A DNA stretch of 63,210 bases, counting the filler, from Aduncisulcus paluster (lineage: Eukaryota): assembly GCA_024181965.1 (NCBI GenBank). It is 4 parts of 4 records of this genome, joined end to end, with 100 filler letters (N's around TTAATTAATTAA, not from the genome) between each part and the next. Parts side by side here need not be neighbours in the genome. Positions count along the whole stretch, not along the records: positions 1 to 10,806 come from BQXS01010801.1; 3 more parts are not named here. One strand, 5' to 3'. The notes below the pieces were generated by a model. It was not told the origin of the DNA. It saw only the letters and a list, made by a program, of their open reading frames with translations, and searched no databases. Positions within the stretch are counted from its first letter, which is position 1, and each line of letters opens with the position of its first letter. Positions 1 through 10,906 of this stretch are shown piece after piece. A program made the position numbers and the translations under genes.

Positions 1-356
1 CAAGCAAAACTATCATTTTCATCTTCTGATGACTTTGTTGAGGTAAAAGGTTTTGCAAGATCTGGTTGGCGTTCAGATGTAACTCTTTTAATGGTTGATA
101 TTGAATGTGATTTACCAATATTTGGGATTTGATCGGGGGTTGTTAACATAAATGAACCGGAGGAGGGAGATTGTGCTGAACGTTGAGATCTTTGCATTAA
201 TAGAGAAGATTGCCTTTCAATTTCTTCCTTTTCTTCATCTGCAGAAAATTTAAATTGACATACGATTGAATGAAACTTTTCATCGCCTTCAATATCGTTC
301 TCATCATAATCAAGATAAGTACGACGTTTGTACCCCTTTGATGGGGTTTTATGCAT
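1..356 (-). CDS. Hypothetical protein, N-terminal part (runs off the window start)
   Basis: Hand translation from ATG 356: MHKTPSKGYKRRTYLDYDENDIEGDEKFHSIVCQFKF..., open to base 1 and preceded by AT-rich intergenic DNA. Absent from the ORF track. Confidence 0.65.
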   Translation of the reverse strand, partial: MHKTPSKGYKRRTYLDYDENDIEGDEKFHSIVCQFKFSADEEKEEIERQSSLLMQRSQRSAQSPSSGSFMLTTPDQIPNIGKSHSISTIKRVTSERQPDLAKPFTSTKSSEDENDSFA

Positions 357-678
357 TACTATATGAAGAGAAAAAAAAATATAAATGAGGCAATTAACCT
401 CAAGATTCCAAAATGGCATCTTCCAGCTAATTTCATTCCCGCGCTTTATTATTCAGAATGGCCACATCAGAAAAAGGTGAAAATATATTAGTTAATGCCA
501 ACAAATTAAGAAAATTAAAATTATACTTGATTATTGAATGAAATAAGCCAGTGAAGGAAATGAAAAAATCACACTTTACTAAAAATGAATATAATTGTAT
601 TTTCCTCAGTTTTGATTGGATCAATGAATAAAAGTGAAGAATTTATGTCGATCTAAACACCTAAAGAACTTTTGGCAA

Positions 679-2130
679 TCAATCTTTGGAAACTATTTCA
701 CCTTCTAACAACGCGGCAATACCAAGGAGAACGACCAAAATAAAGAATATAAATGAATTGGTCCTTCTTTTCCCTTGCCAAATGAGAATTAAACTCCCTA
801 ATAGTACAAGACAAATGAAATTCAGTCCAAGCCATCCGCTCTTACATTTATCGGGCTCACAAATTGAATATTCATCAAGAACACGAGCGCAAAAACGACA
901 TAAACGCTCACAAAACAGAACAACGACAGCATTATCACCGACAATTTCACACAGTTTGGCCACAAACCTACTCTCAGCTCTCAACAAACCTTCAGCGACA
1001 ATGATGAGTAAAAGACCTGAGCATACGGCAACCAACACGCCGGGAACAGTCAAAATGCATGGTTTTGTGTAAGTAAGGGCATCATCAGCAACATCTTCAC
1101 CGGGGAGAGCTCCAACCTCGACTCCAGGAATTGACCAAAGAATGATGGAAGCAATAACACACATAATGATAGGAATAGAAAATTGAGAAACAAAATGAGA
1201 AACAGATTTCCACAGATTCTCAGGAAGGACATGTTCACTCCGTTCTTTTGAGAAGTTTCCTTCAACTCTTCTAATAAAAGTTGTTTTCTTTGCAAAGAAC
1301 AATCCTGCTCCACAACCAATCATCCCAATGGTCATATGAGTCAAAATACTCAGGAATCCAGCATCTGGAAGAACTCGAGACATGTCCATTCCAACATCCG
1401 TGAAGTTTGTGAGTGTCACATGGAGGATGAGAGGGATCACACTGACAATGCAGATGAGCATGGGGGAAGATATAAGAGTGACAAGGAGTTGGGCAGAGAG
1501 GACACCAACAGAAATACCAGTGAAATGACTATACACGGGTAAGGAATCAGAAATAGATGTAATATCACCCAAGTCATCAGAAGAAATCGTAAAACTACCG
1601 GTTAAGATGTATGGATCAAATACAACACTCCAAACAAGAAGCATTAGATATTTTAAACTGCCAATAACACGAGCTTTGGTCATTTTACGATGCATACTAT
1701 CAGCCACTTCTTGAAGCTCACGTTGTTGCTTGGCAATGAGTTTTTGTTGTTCTTTCTTGCTAATTTTCTTTGAACTTGAGGTATCTGAGCGAACTGGTGC
1801 AGTTGCATTGATAATTTGTTCTTCAAGGAAGCTATCCTCTTCATCTGGGGAATAATATGTAAATGGCATGGTAAAAGAAACCACAAATGTATATAAATAT
1901 ATTCCAATGAAATAAATCGTGGCTCTAAGTGGATGAGGAAGTGATGTAACATCACTTGTAGGATTTGTATAATCGGGCTCCCTAAAAAACAAATATAACC
2001 AAGGATTTTCGTCGCATATATGATCATCAATTGTTGAAGCAAATAAAAAGAAGATAAGAAGGAATCCTTTGGCGATAGAAAGAGATCTCATCTTAAACTT
2101 CCCAGATAGGTCTTGAGTCATGATTCCCAT
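679..2130 (-). CDS. Multi-pass membrane protein, divergent HGSNAT/DUF1624-type acyltransferase-like
   Basis: 483 aa with about 10 hydrophobic segments. RSLSIAKGFLLIFFLF, PDAGFLSILTHMTIGMIGCGAG and VGDNAVVVLF occur in the order of the HGSNAT motifs RxxSxDxxRG, DPEGxLgti...GxxAG and GxNxIxxY (recalled). Confidence 0.5.
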   Translation of the reverse strand: MGIMTQDLSGKFKMRSLSIAKGFLLIFFLFASTIDDHICDENPWLYLFFREPDYTNPTSDVTSLPHPLRATIYFIGIYLYTFVVSFTMPFTYYSPDEEDSFLEEQIINATAPVRSDTSSSKKISKKEQQKLIAKQQRELQEVADSMHRKMTKARVIGSLKYLMLLVWSVVFDPYILTGSFTISSDDLGDITSISDSLPVYSHFTGISVGVLSAQLLVTLISSPMLICIVSVIPLILHVTLTNFTDVGMDMSRVLPDAGFLSILTHMTIGMIGCGAGLFFAKKTTFIRRVEGNFSKERSEHVLPENLWKSVSHFVSQFSIPIIMCVIASIILWSIPGVEVGALPGEDVADDALTYTKPCILTVPGVLVAVCSGLLLIIVAEGLLRAESRFVAKLCEIVGDNAVVVLFCERLCRFCARVLDEYSICEPDKCKSGWLGLNFICLVLLGSLILIWQGKRRTNSFIFFILVVLLGIAALLEGEIVSKD

Positions 2131-3087
2131 TTTGAATTTGCTTTATAAATATAAAAATATTTATCAATATTGATCAATATTTTTGTGGAAAGGTTCAAAA
2201 TAACTGTTTCTAATGAATTCATGGCTATCGGATTAATTTCTCCGGGTTCTCAGGGATTAGAACGTCCAATTAAAATGTTTATCGATTTATTTTAAAATAT
2301 TCTTCTTAAAATCTGATAAAAGGATCAAAAACGGAGATACCATCATCTCTCTATTCGTTTACAATATTGCCAAATCAGTATAGGTGATCGCACTATATTT
2401 TCATTTCAATATTATGAACACATTTGATAATTATTTTTTCTTGTCCACTGCCAAGAAAACTGGCTTTTTCATTCTCAGGTTAGATAGAACTGATGACAAA
2501 CTAATTTTGAATTTACAATAATTATTATGAAACATCTTTTAATTGTTTTACTATTTTTAGAAAAATATTTGGTAAATTCACCCAAGAGCAATATGACACC
2601 TCTAAACCTCAGTATCTGCTAGAAAACAAACGACATTGATCATTAAAAATGATGATTGAATAAGGAGAAATTAATAACGACAAATTATGGACATGATCAA
2701 ACAAAAGGTCTTCACTGAAGACGTTTGGCAAACGGTGATTTCAAATCCTCTATGTTAGACATCTTTCCATTATTCTCATTTTGAAAGCTTGAGGTTTGCA
2801 AAATAACATATTAATGTTGATCAATAGATTCTCAATAAATATCGTTTGGTGATATTAATATGCATAGGTTGTTTTGGTCAACACACAAAGCTTGGCTTAG
2901 CAGTGTTTTGAGAGCAAATTAGAAGATTAAAGAAAATTATCTTTCTTTCGACAATCGATAATACGAGAATAGTATTCTGTACATTAACAATAATGTTCTA
3001 TTTCGTATGGTCAATATACATCGATATCGCATTTTTTTATCGAATTCATGAATGTACCAAAAAACTTAGTTAAATATTTATCATTAT

Positions 3088-4659
3088 TTAATAATCGTTA
3101 TCCCATTCTTGATCTTGTAACAGCTTCTTCTCCTTTTTCTTCTTCGAATCTTTGATCCAAAGGAGAGCCACAATAATCCAAAACACAATAAAAACAAGAA
3201 TAGACACACTGATGGCGATGATTTTCCCAATGGCAATTGGAGGAACGTACAGCGAATTGTCTTCGAGTAATGCTAGACTTGTTGTATCCGATTGCAGAAT
3301 ACAAGATATTACCACATCGTCGTCAAAGAGCATCTTATTAGGTGAGGAAATAACATTGATCGATGATGATACACCGAGCTGACCAAGATCATTCTCTCCA
3401 CATGCATATGTAGGCCCGGCAGGGATCTGAACCATTGTCGAATACGACCCAGTAAATATTAAAGTATGTCGAGAAACATAAACAGTATTATGATTCGAAG
3501 TCTCTGTCGATTCATTATTTGTTGTCAATGTATGATCAAATGCTTCAATTTCATGATTGGAGGGGTCAGAAATTGCACTCGACGAAACGGTGGTGAGAAT
3601 ATCGTTATTTGGAATAACCAGCTCAATCCAGGGTCTATCTTGTTCAAGACCAGGATTAAGACATAACTGACCCCAATCATTCCCACCGGTGCCATATATT
3701 CTATTATTAGAAAGAGCAAGAATAGTGTGACCTCGACCAACCTGAACACATCTTACGATAACATCGTCCGAGGTGATATCATCAATTGACATCTTAGTGG
3801 CTTCTTGCCAGATAATGCCTCTATTTATAGGATCAAATTGCGCCGATTTGTTATTGCCCCAACCGTATAGAACTCCTTTTTCGGAGATCACAACAACAAA
3901 ATCATCTCCACAATGGGCAGAAACGATCAACGCGCTTTCTGGAATAGGTACTAACGTTGGAGCCTCAATAATATGATCATATGTATGTGACCCTGAAGAT
4001 ATTCCACACAAAACGAGCTTAGAATTCTCAGTGTTCTCGTCATCCTCATTTAAACCCCAACAAAACACTTCTCCGCTATCGGCGACAATAACATTAGAAA
4101 ATGGCAACGATGAAATTGTTTTTATCTTATTTGAAGTCAAAGAATCAACGATTGATGGAAATGCTTGATATGTGGGTACATCTCCATCAATTTCTGCGAG
4201 CGAGTATCCCAATTGATAAAACGAATTGTCTCCCCATGTATATATGTTACCAAGAACAGTTAAAGCGACAACATGAGCTGTTCCAACACTAATGCGTACA
4301 ACTCCCTCTAAATTGAAATATACTGGAGGAATCTCTGTTGGTTGGGTTTGATTTATCACAGAATTGATCCCTAATTGACCTCTAGAATTGTCACCCCAAC
4401 TCCATACACCACCTACACTATCCAATGCAACGAAGAAAGTGCCAGCTCTATCTCCTTCAATCTGAACAAAATCGTAGAGACAATCAGAACAAGAAACCAA
4501 AGAAGGTTTTTGAAACGAAATTGTATTGTTGTTACCATATTGATAATTGGAATTGTCACCGAATGCCCAATAGGAAGCGGCTTCTTGCTTGCATTGAGAA
4601 AAACTGACTAAATTAATAATAAAAACAAAAATTAACATAAACAAATGTTTTTGAGGCAT
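3088..4659 (-). CDS. RCC1/BLIP-II repeat beta-propeller protein with signal peptide and C-terminal TM helix
   Basis: Repeats VWSWGDNSRGQLG, IYTWGDNSFYQLG, LYGWGNNKSAQ, IYGTGGNDWGQL, TYACGENDLGQLG; hydrophobic N-terminus; TM IIAISVSILVFIVFWIIVALLWI followed by a basic tail. Confidence 0.88.
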   Translation of the reverse strand: MPQKHLFMLIFVFIINLVSFSQCKQEAASYWAFGDNSNYQYGNNNTISFQKPSLVSCSDCLYDFVQIEGDRAGTFFVALDSVGGVWSWGDNSRGQLGINSVINQTQPTEIPPVYFNLEGVVRISVGTAHVVALTVLGNIYTWGDNSFYQLGYSLAEIDGDVPTYQAFPSIVDSLTSNKIKTISSLPFSNVIVADSGEVFCWGLNEDDENTENSKLVLCGISSGSHTYDHIIEAPTLVPIPESALIVSAHCGDDFVVVISEKGVLYGWGNNKSAQFDPINRGIIWQEATKMSIDDITSDDVIVRCVQVGRGHTILALSNNRIYGTGGNDWGQLCLNPGLEQDRPWIELVIPNNDILTTVSSSAISDPSNHEIEAFDHTLTTNNESTETSNHNTVYVSRHTLIFTGSYSTMVQIPAGPTYACGENDLGQLGVSSSINVISSPNKMLFDDDVVISCILQSDTTSLALLEDNSLYVPPIAIGKIIAISVSILVFIVFWIIVALLWIKDSKKKKEKKLLQDQEWDNDY

Positions 4660-4892
4660 CGAGGATAATAAAATAAATGTATTATATTACGGGTAGAAGC
4701 AAAAATAACAAAAATAGTCGTCACGGCTTTAATACATATATAAAATAAATTTAAATTGGAAATTCTTTTTAAAACTAATGATAATTGGAAGCAAAGTTTA
4801 AAGTTGCTTATATTTTATTTTGGAATAAGAATAAAATCGTTTTTCACTTTTGTCATCAAGATTAACAATACTGAAGTCTATATAAAAATCAT

Positions 4893-7800
4893 ATGAGTAG
4901 TATTCTAACAGGAGATATTCAAAGACAGATAAAATCATTAAATGATGGGAAAACTGAATCTGCAGTGAGAGAAATGCAAAAGAGGATTGGAAAATATTTA
5001 AAAGAGGAAAATATTCAACATATTAATGAATTAAATCAGATAATTACAACATTTTGTAAGGATAAAGACTATTTAACCCGTATATGTGGGATTCGTGCTT
5101 ATTGTGCTCTCGTCGTTGCTGCTTCTCGCCCTCAATATTTTGCTTTACTTGACAAATATATGTTTGATGTGTTGTCTTGTGTCAGTTCAATGGCAAGAGA
5201 TAAGAACAAGCATGTTCGGATAGCCGCTGCCGAGCTTCTCCTAAATATTCTTACAAATGCAAGACCTCTTGTGATGAATAATATTATTATGATTTTCGAT
5301 GGTGTTAATGTGATTAGTGAAGAACGTGCAACTAATCCTCTTTTGATTACCAAGATATTCCATGAGATTCTTCTTGCCCATTCAGATCCAAGAACATTCC
5401 CATTGGATGCTATAATACGTATCATTCAGGAAGGATCAGCAGCTTCTTCGAATGTAATTCGTCTCAATGCCCTTCAGGTTGTGTCTGCTCTTTTTTCTCA
5501 TTCCTTTGTCAATCTACGAAGTTCCGTTCTTATTGAGCTTGTTCCCTGTCTCTTGAGGCTTGTTGATGACGACAATGAAGAAGTTGTGAAGAATTCAAGA
5601 CATCATTTGGATGTTTTACGTGGAAACATTCCCCTTCTTTCTTCTCTCCTTCGCAAAGAAATGTTGGTCATTTTGTTGAGTGTATGTGGAAACAACGAAA
5701 GAAAGCAGGGAATTATGGATTCTGATCACACTGGCATAAAATCTCGGCGAATATACGAAGTTGTTGAATTTACAAAATCAATGAAACGAGAGAAAGAAAT
5801 GGAAAGAGTCGCGGATGAAGTTTTGGAAGAATGTTTTTTGTGGATTGCAGAGATTGTGAAAACTGAAAGCAATTTAGTGAAACTCCTTGTCGAGAAAAGA
5901 CACCGAGAACGTCAAGCACGAAGGCTAAAGAGAGAGAAAATGAGGAAGATTAAGCAACGTCGTCTAGCCAAAACGCATCACATGGCGACAGATAGCACAA
6001 TTCAATCTCACAAATCAACATCTAGGAAACTAGACGATATACATTCAATATCCCACCTTCTTGCTGATAATTCAAAGGAAGAGGGAGATGATGATGGAAG
6101 GACCTTGATTGATGGATCACACATTCATACATTGGCCCATTTTCCACAGTTGCTTGGACTAGTTATCAACTCTGACCGAGAAGACATGCCAAAAGGGGTG
6201 GCACGACTTTTGGCCGCTCTTCACTATGATCTTTATATCCTCATGACGCTCAGTGCACAGGGAAAAATATTCACGGATGATGATGCAAAAGATAACAAGA
6301 AAAAAAGCAGCTCTGAAGGAATGTGCGGCAGTAGTTCATTTGCTCTGCAGGTAATTGATGTTTGTTTGGAATGTAAGCAGTTGAATCTGGCTTTCACTTG
6401 GCTTATTGCAGTAATTAGGACTTTTACTAAGGATTTCCAACAATTATTCCTCTCGTCTACGCCCAATTTGTCCCGTTCTGGCCATAAATTGGCATCAGAA
6501 GGCAGAAAAGATCATGAAGAATATGCAGATATTGATGAAAGTGAACATGAAGCTGAACATGAAACTCCTTCTTCCGAAAAGAAATTATTACATGACCCTA
6601 TGACTCCTGTTGAGAAAGAAAAAGATTCTGCAATCATAGATGGAAAGGCTACTGTGTCTCCATGTATTTCAAATGGTGTCTCTGATGCTTCACAGCTCTC
6701 GATTCATGATCAGGATATTATTGATGTTCATGGTGAAGAATCGTCCAGGTTGAGTCTGCTTGTTCAAGCTATATCTGAGGGAATTCTGAGTGGAAACAAT
6801 GAAGTCTGTGCTGGTTCCGGGGCTGTCATGAAGTTATTGTGCCAGTGTCGATGGTGGGATCTGGTCCGTGCTATTGTACACTCAGTTCTTACCCATGGGG
6901 TTGTTATCTGCATTGGGGAGGCACAGAGGGAGAGGATGAGAGAAGGTGAACACAAGGCCAAGAAGTACGGAGCTGGTAATCATATCTCACCGCGTGATGA
7001 TGAATCGCCGTCTCTTTTTGATGCGATTGAGGAAGGCATTCTTGTGATGTTACGACGCATGTGTGAGAGTGCATCGAGCATTGTTGTCATGGGTATAGTA
7101 GCACATGAAATGAAAGATATTGTCGAAAATACTCTCCGTGAAATTCGAATCGATTCTGAAATATTACAAGAAGATGGATTAGTATTGCGAGAAGATGTGT
7201 TTGATTATCTTGATGAAATCACTCGAGTCCATCCCATGTTTGAAGGAATTCATAAACATTCGACCCTGTCCTCCTCATCTGGGGTTGAGCATGATCATGG
7301 ATTACTTAGATCCCAACATAATTTGCCTTCTCTTTCAAGTGGTTCGCCCATTATTCACGATAGACTTAAGGCAATCACTTCTTTCTCAAATGGGATTGGT
7401 TTATTCTTTATTTCGAGTCCTGAGACAATCGACGCCAGAAAATACCTTGTCCATCGTGAAAAAGAGAAGATGTCCCAGGTGAGTGACAGTCAACTTTCTC
7501 AAAAAAGAAAGGAAAGCTCAGGAGATCATGCCACTCATGAAGAAGAAATTTCCTCATCAAATAATACACATTCAAACCATCATGGTCGGACATTGAGTTC
7601 GGAGGAAATTGGAGCTTTGGAATTTCCCTCTTGTCCATTGACATTTTCAGTTATTTTCAAGAGTTGTTCTCTTTCTCCCGCAGCTCTTCTTGGAATCTCA
7701 GTCTATTGTGAACACTATGATATGTGTGCCTCACTCTCAACCTGGCTTGCAACGCATGAATATTCCGCAAGGGAAATTGTATATCTGGATAGACTTGCAC

Positions 7801-8201
7801 AGCTTCTCGAAACCCCCATTTTTACTCATGTTCGTTTAAAGCTGCTGGACCCACTGAAATATTGCGATTTGTATAAATGTTTGTATACTTTGCTGGTTAT
7901 TTTGCCTCCTGTGAGAGGATTTAAATGGCTTGAAAGGCGTCTTCGCTCCGTCAGTACTCTCATCCAAACAGATATCATGAAAAAAGAATGGAAGAAGTCT
8001 CCATGTTTGTCACCAGAGATCCAGGAATTGTTTGACTTCTTTGTCAATAATAGTCTCACAATTGGTGCATGTTTCAGTGCGATGGGTCTCCATCATCGAT
8101 TTGAAATGGAAGAAAGCGAGGGGGATAGTTCAGACACTTCTTCTGTGTCTGGTTCTTCCCTTTCTTCTTCATCAATTGATCCCATGGATCAGCCCAAATG
8201 A
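4893..8201 (+). CDS. VAC14: Vac14 scaffold of the PIKfyve/Fab1-Fig4 complex
   Basis: N-terminal HEAT repeats (DKNKHVRIAAAELLLNI). C-terminal LDRLAQLLETPIFTHVRLKLLDP...LYTLLVILPP...LERRLRSV matches the Vac14 Fig4-binding domain. Confidence 0.88.
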   Translation: MSSILTGDIQRQIKSLNDGKTESAVREMQKRIGKYLKEENIQHINELNQIITTFCKDKDYLTRICGIRAYCALVVAASRPQYFALLDKYMFDVLSCVSSMARDKNKHVRIAAAELLLNILTNARPLVMNNIIMIFDGVNVISEERATNPLLITKIFHEILLAHSDPRTFPLDAIIRIIQEGSAASSNVIRLNALQVVSALFSHSFVNLRSSVLIELVPCLLRLVDDDNEEVVKNSRHHLDVLRGNIPLLSSLLRKEMLVILLSVCGNNERKQGIMDSDHTGIKSRRIYEVVEFTKSMKREKEMERVADEVLEECFLWIAEIVKTESNLVKLLVEKRHRERQARRLKREKMRKIKQRRLAKTHHMATDSTIQSHKSTSRKLDDIHSISHLLADNSKEEGDDDGRTLIDGSHIHTLAHFPQLLGLVINSDREDMPKGVARLLAALHYDLYILMTLSAQGKIFTDDDAKDNKKKSSSEGMCGSSSFALQVIDVCLECKQLNLAFTWLIAVIRTFTKDFQQLFLSSTPNLSRSGHKLASEGRKDHEEYADIDESEHEAEHETPSSEKKLLHDPMTPVEKEKDSAIIDGKATVSPCISNGVSDASQLSIHDQDIIDVHGEESSRLSLLVQAISEGILSGNNEVCAGSGAVMKLLCQCRWWDLVRAIVHSVLTHGVVICIGEAQRERMREGEHKAKKYGAGNHISPRDDESPSLFDAIEEGILVMLRRMCESASSIVVMGIVAHEMKDIVENTLREIRIDSEILQEDGLVLREDVFDYLDEITRVHPMFEGIHKHSTLSSSSGVEHDHGLLRSQHNLPSLSSGSPIIHDRLKAITSFSNGIGLFFISSPETIDARKYLVHREKEKMSQVSDSQLSQKRKESSGDHATHEEEISSSNNTHSNHHGRTLSSEEIGALEFPSCPLTFSVIFKSCSLSPAALLGISVYCEHYDMCASLSTWLATHEYSAREIVYLDRLAQLLETPIFTHVRLKLLDPLKYCDLYKCLYTLLVILPPVRGFKWLERRLRSVSTLIQTDIMKKEWKKSPCLSPEIQELFDFFVNNSLTIGACFSAMGLHHRFEMEESEGDSSDTSSVSGSSLSSSSIDPMDQPK

Positions 8202-8212
8202 ATGTTTACTTC

Positions 8213-8945
8213 CTATAATTTCAAATAACTAAATTCATACATTTGATTCGTGAACGTGACGAGCTTTGTTCGATGTTCTCGTCGACTTCTTTCTTCTCTG
8301 CATGCCCTCCTTCCTCCTTCACGATCAAGCAAGGCCGTGAACACACGATTGAGCTCTCCTTCCAACCGTTCCAAGAGAATAAGATATGTTCTTGTATGTG
8401 TGATTGATGTTAGTTCCATGTTGGACAGGAGAAGTAAGAGGTATGAGGTTCCCTTGGTTGGAATATGTGGAAGAGTCCTGTTTGGAATTGGGAGAGTATC
8501 TTTACGTCCACCTGTCCATATATTATAACTTGCATGGACAACTGATCACCGAATTTGGCAACTCTAATGATTCATTTTTGATTGTATGATCTATCTCTCC
8601 GCTCCAACAAGGTTATCCCATTAGTTTAAACAATTTGACAATGTTTTTCCTTCTTTTGATTGTCCTCTTCCTCTTTTCTATTTGGTATCTTCCATTCCTA
8701 TCCTCCATGCTTCTTGATCGTATTCTTCAAACGAACAACGTAATGATCTCTGTTCAAACATCACTTCAACACCTGCACCTGTGCGTTCAATCAGATCATA
8801 CACAGATTGTCTCAAGGATCTTTGATGTCATGAAATGTACAGACCGTTTCTAATCGACCAACGATGAAACTTTGAAAGATGTCTTGTTAAGTTGGCCCCC
8901 ATCCAATTCATGATTAATATCAAAAGTGGTGGAGGATGGCTCCAT
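8213..8945 (-). pseudogene. Decayed coding-like sequence with several in-frame stops
   Basis: From ATG 8945 it reads MEPSSTTFDINHELDGANLTRHLSKFHRWSIRNGLYIS*HQRSLRQSVYDLIERTGAG..., broken by TGA/TAG/TAA. GC is higher than in neighbouring intergenic DNA. Confidence 0.3.
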
Positions 8946-10345
8946 TAATCCAGGAATCTCCAACTCTCCATGACAAAGTACTGGTAATTAATGGACCTTT
9001 AATAGCTCATCGAAGTTTCAAGAATTACCTAATCAAAAATAGTTTCTAATATTACAGTGAAGCATTCAATAATTAATTATTTTACTCTTTAATTTGTTTT
9101 AAATTTGTTGGGAGGTATGGCTTCAATTCACCCACCGTACAACAGAAAAATATTTCTTCAATTTTTGTATTGGGCTTAATAATGCCTATTAGGTGGGTTG
9201 TGCAACAATAAGTTGTTACTAATTCTCAAAGTTTGTTTCTCAGAAGAACAAAATGATCCCAAAACTGATCTCTTCAAACTCTCATCAAATAGTTCCTCTT
9301 CTATCATGAGAAGTATATTCTCATTATTAACTTAACATAAGAGGCATTTTTGTACCTTTTGATAATAAAAAACAATGTACGTCGTACATCATTGGATGAT
9401 GCCTCTCTTGACGAGGGACCGTGATAACAATAGGGGCATAGCTATATACACTTCCTCACAGTGGCTTGGTTGTATGAAGATCTAGCCATTCTCTCCTTCA
9501 AGCAGACTACTTGAGCTACTTCTCCGAGAATTATTCTCGGGTCACTCGAGAATACCCGGAATAAGACCTATATTGCACTATATTAATGTCGAACGCAAAA
9601 CAATCGGAAGCTAGATGTTAAAAACGTCGTAAATTATTTTGGAAAACACTACATAATGCGTCACGCATCATACACATGGTGTGTATGATAATCATACTAT
9701 GATTTTGAGTCCGAATCAAATAAATCTTCTCAGTTTGTCTCTGAAAATATAATTTTACGTTATTTTATGTTCATCATTTCACCTTAAAAAGAGATTGAAT
9801 TTGTTCAATATGTTTGTCGGAAGTTCTCTGTCTCTATCCATATTTGGTTATAAATGGAATTTAATGATCAAATATTCGGGTATTTGATAACAATATGTAC
9901 ATATTTCCAGACATTTAAATATTGTCTTCTTCATTTATAGCCTTTCAATGAAATACAATTCAGCTGGATCAGGATCCAGCATGTGATTCCTGTAATTGCG
10001 GGTATAAATTGGAATAATCTAATATATATGAACAACATTTAATGATCAAAATAATTTATATTACCTTCTATTTGGATTGTATTAAAACACTGAGATTATC
10101 GTGTTAAATTGCAATATCTTATTATTATGCTTTCCGATGTAAATCCAGATATAAATCTCATTATTTCCCACCATAATAATGGCGAATTCTTTGTTAGTAG
10201 GTACCTATATAGACTGAGTGATTGCGACTCACTGTTGAGTTATGACGACTCGCTCTATCTTATTCTGGCGTTATGCCCTGTAGTATCTCCATTTTGTTTG
10301 CGAAACAATTGTTTATTGTAAATTATATATATCATATTATATCCG

Positions 10346-10806
10346 ATGTATACCCCAATGTTCCACCATGAAGTTCATGAGTACCCCTCTGTTCACCAAG
10401 CTGTGTATCCTCCGTGTAACATCCCTGCCCGTCCACACCGTGGCATGATGAAAGGAATCATGAAAAGCATGGAGAAAGATCTCAAAGCCGATATTCAACG
10501 AGATGTTCTCCGCACAATGAAACGTGAAATGAAACGTGAAATGAAACGTGAAATGAGATGTGAGAAGAGTTCTTACATGTATCATCCATTCCAACCTACT
10601 TCTATGATGTTCTCAGCCCCTCACATTGGACCTGAGTGTTCCAATGCTATGTTCCAAAGAAGACGTGCGAAGCATGGTAGGAGAATGTATGGAAGAATGA
10701 GCATGCCTGTCCATCCCATGCGTTCGATGTCTCCTTCTATCAAGTCTTTTCATCATCATCGTGGCAGACGTGGTCCTCATGTTCGCCATGGACACAGTCA
10801 TGGCCC
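10346..10806 (+). CDS. His/Met/Arg-rich N-terminal gene fragment, cut by a gap; may be the 5' part of 10907-12629
   Basis: ATG follows an AT-rich leader; open until the N run; contains an MKRE repeat. Confidence 0.6.
10517..10556 (+). repeat. 12-nt coding tandem repeat ATGAAACGTGAA x3.3 (MKRE)
   Basis: Seen directly. Confidence 0.9.
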
Positions 10807-10906
10807 NNNNNNNNNNNNNNNNNNNNNNNNNNNNNNNNNNNNNNNNNNNNTTAATTAATTAANNNNNNNNNNNNNNNNNNNNNNNNNNNNNNNNNNNNNN
10901 NNNNNN
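10807..10906. other. Artificial 100-nt gap spacer N44-TTAATTAATTAA-N44
   Basis: Palindromic six-frame stop linker inside Ns; identical at three sites. Confidence 0.97.

Noticed and set aside
10851-10862. TTAATTAATTAA palindrome (also 26010 and 52903) as a biological motif
   Set aside because: It is centred in identical 44-N pads, so it is an artificial six-frame stop linker. Synteny across it is unproven.
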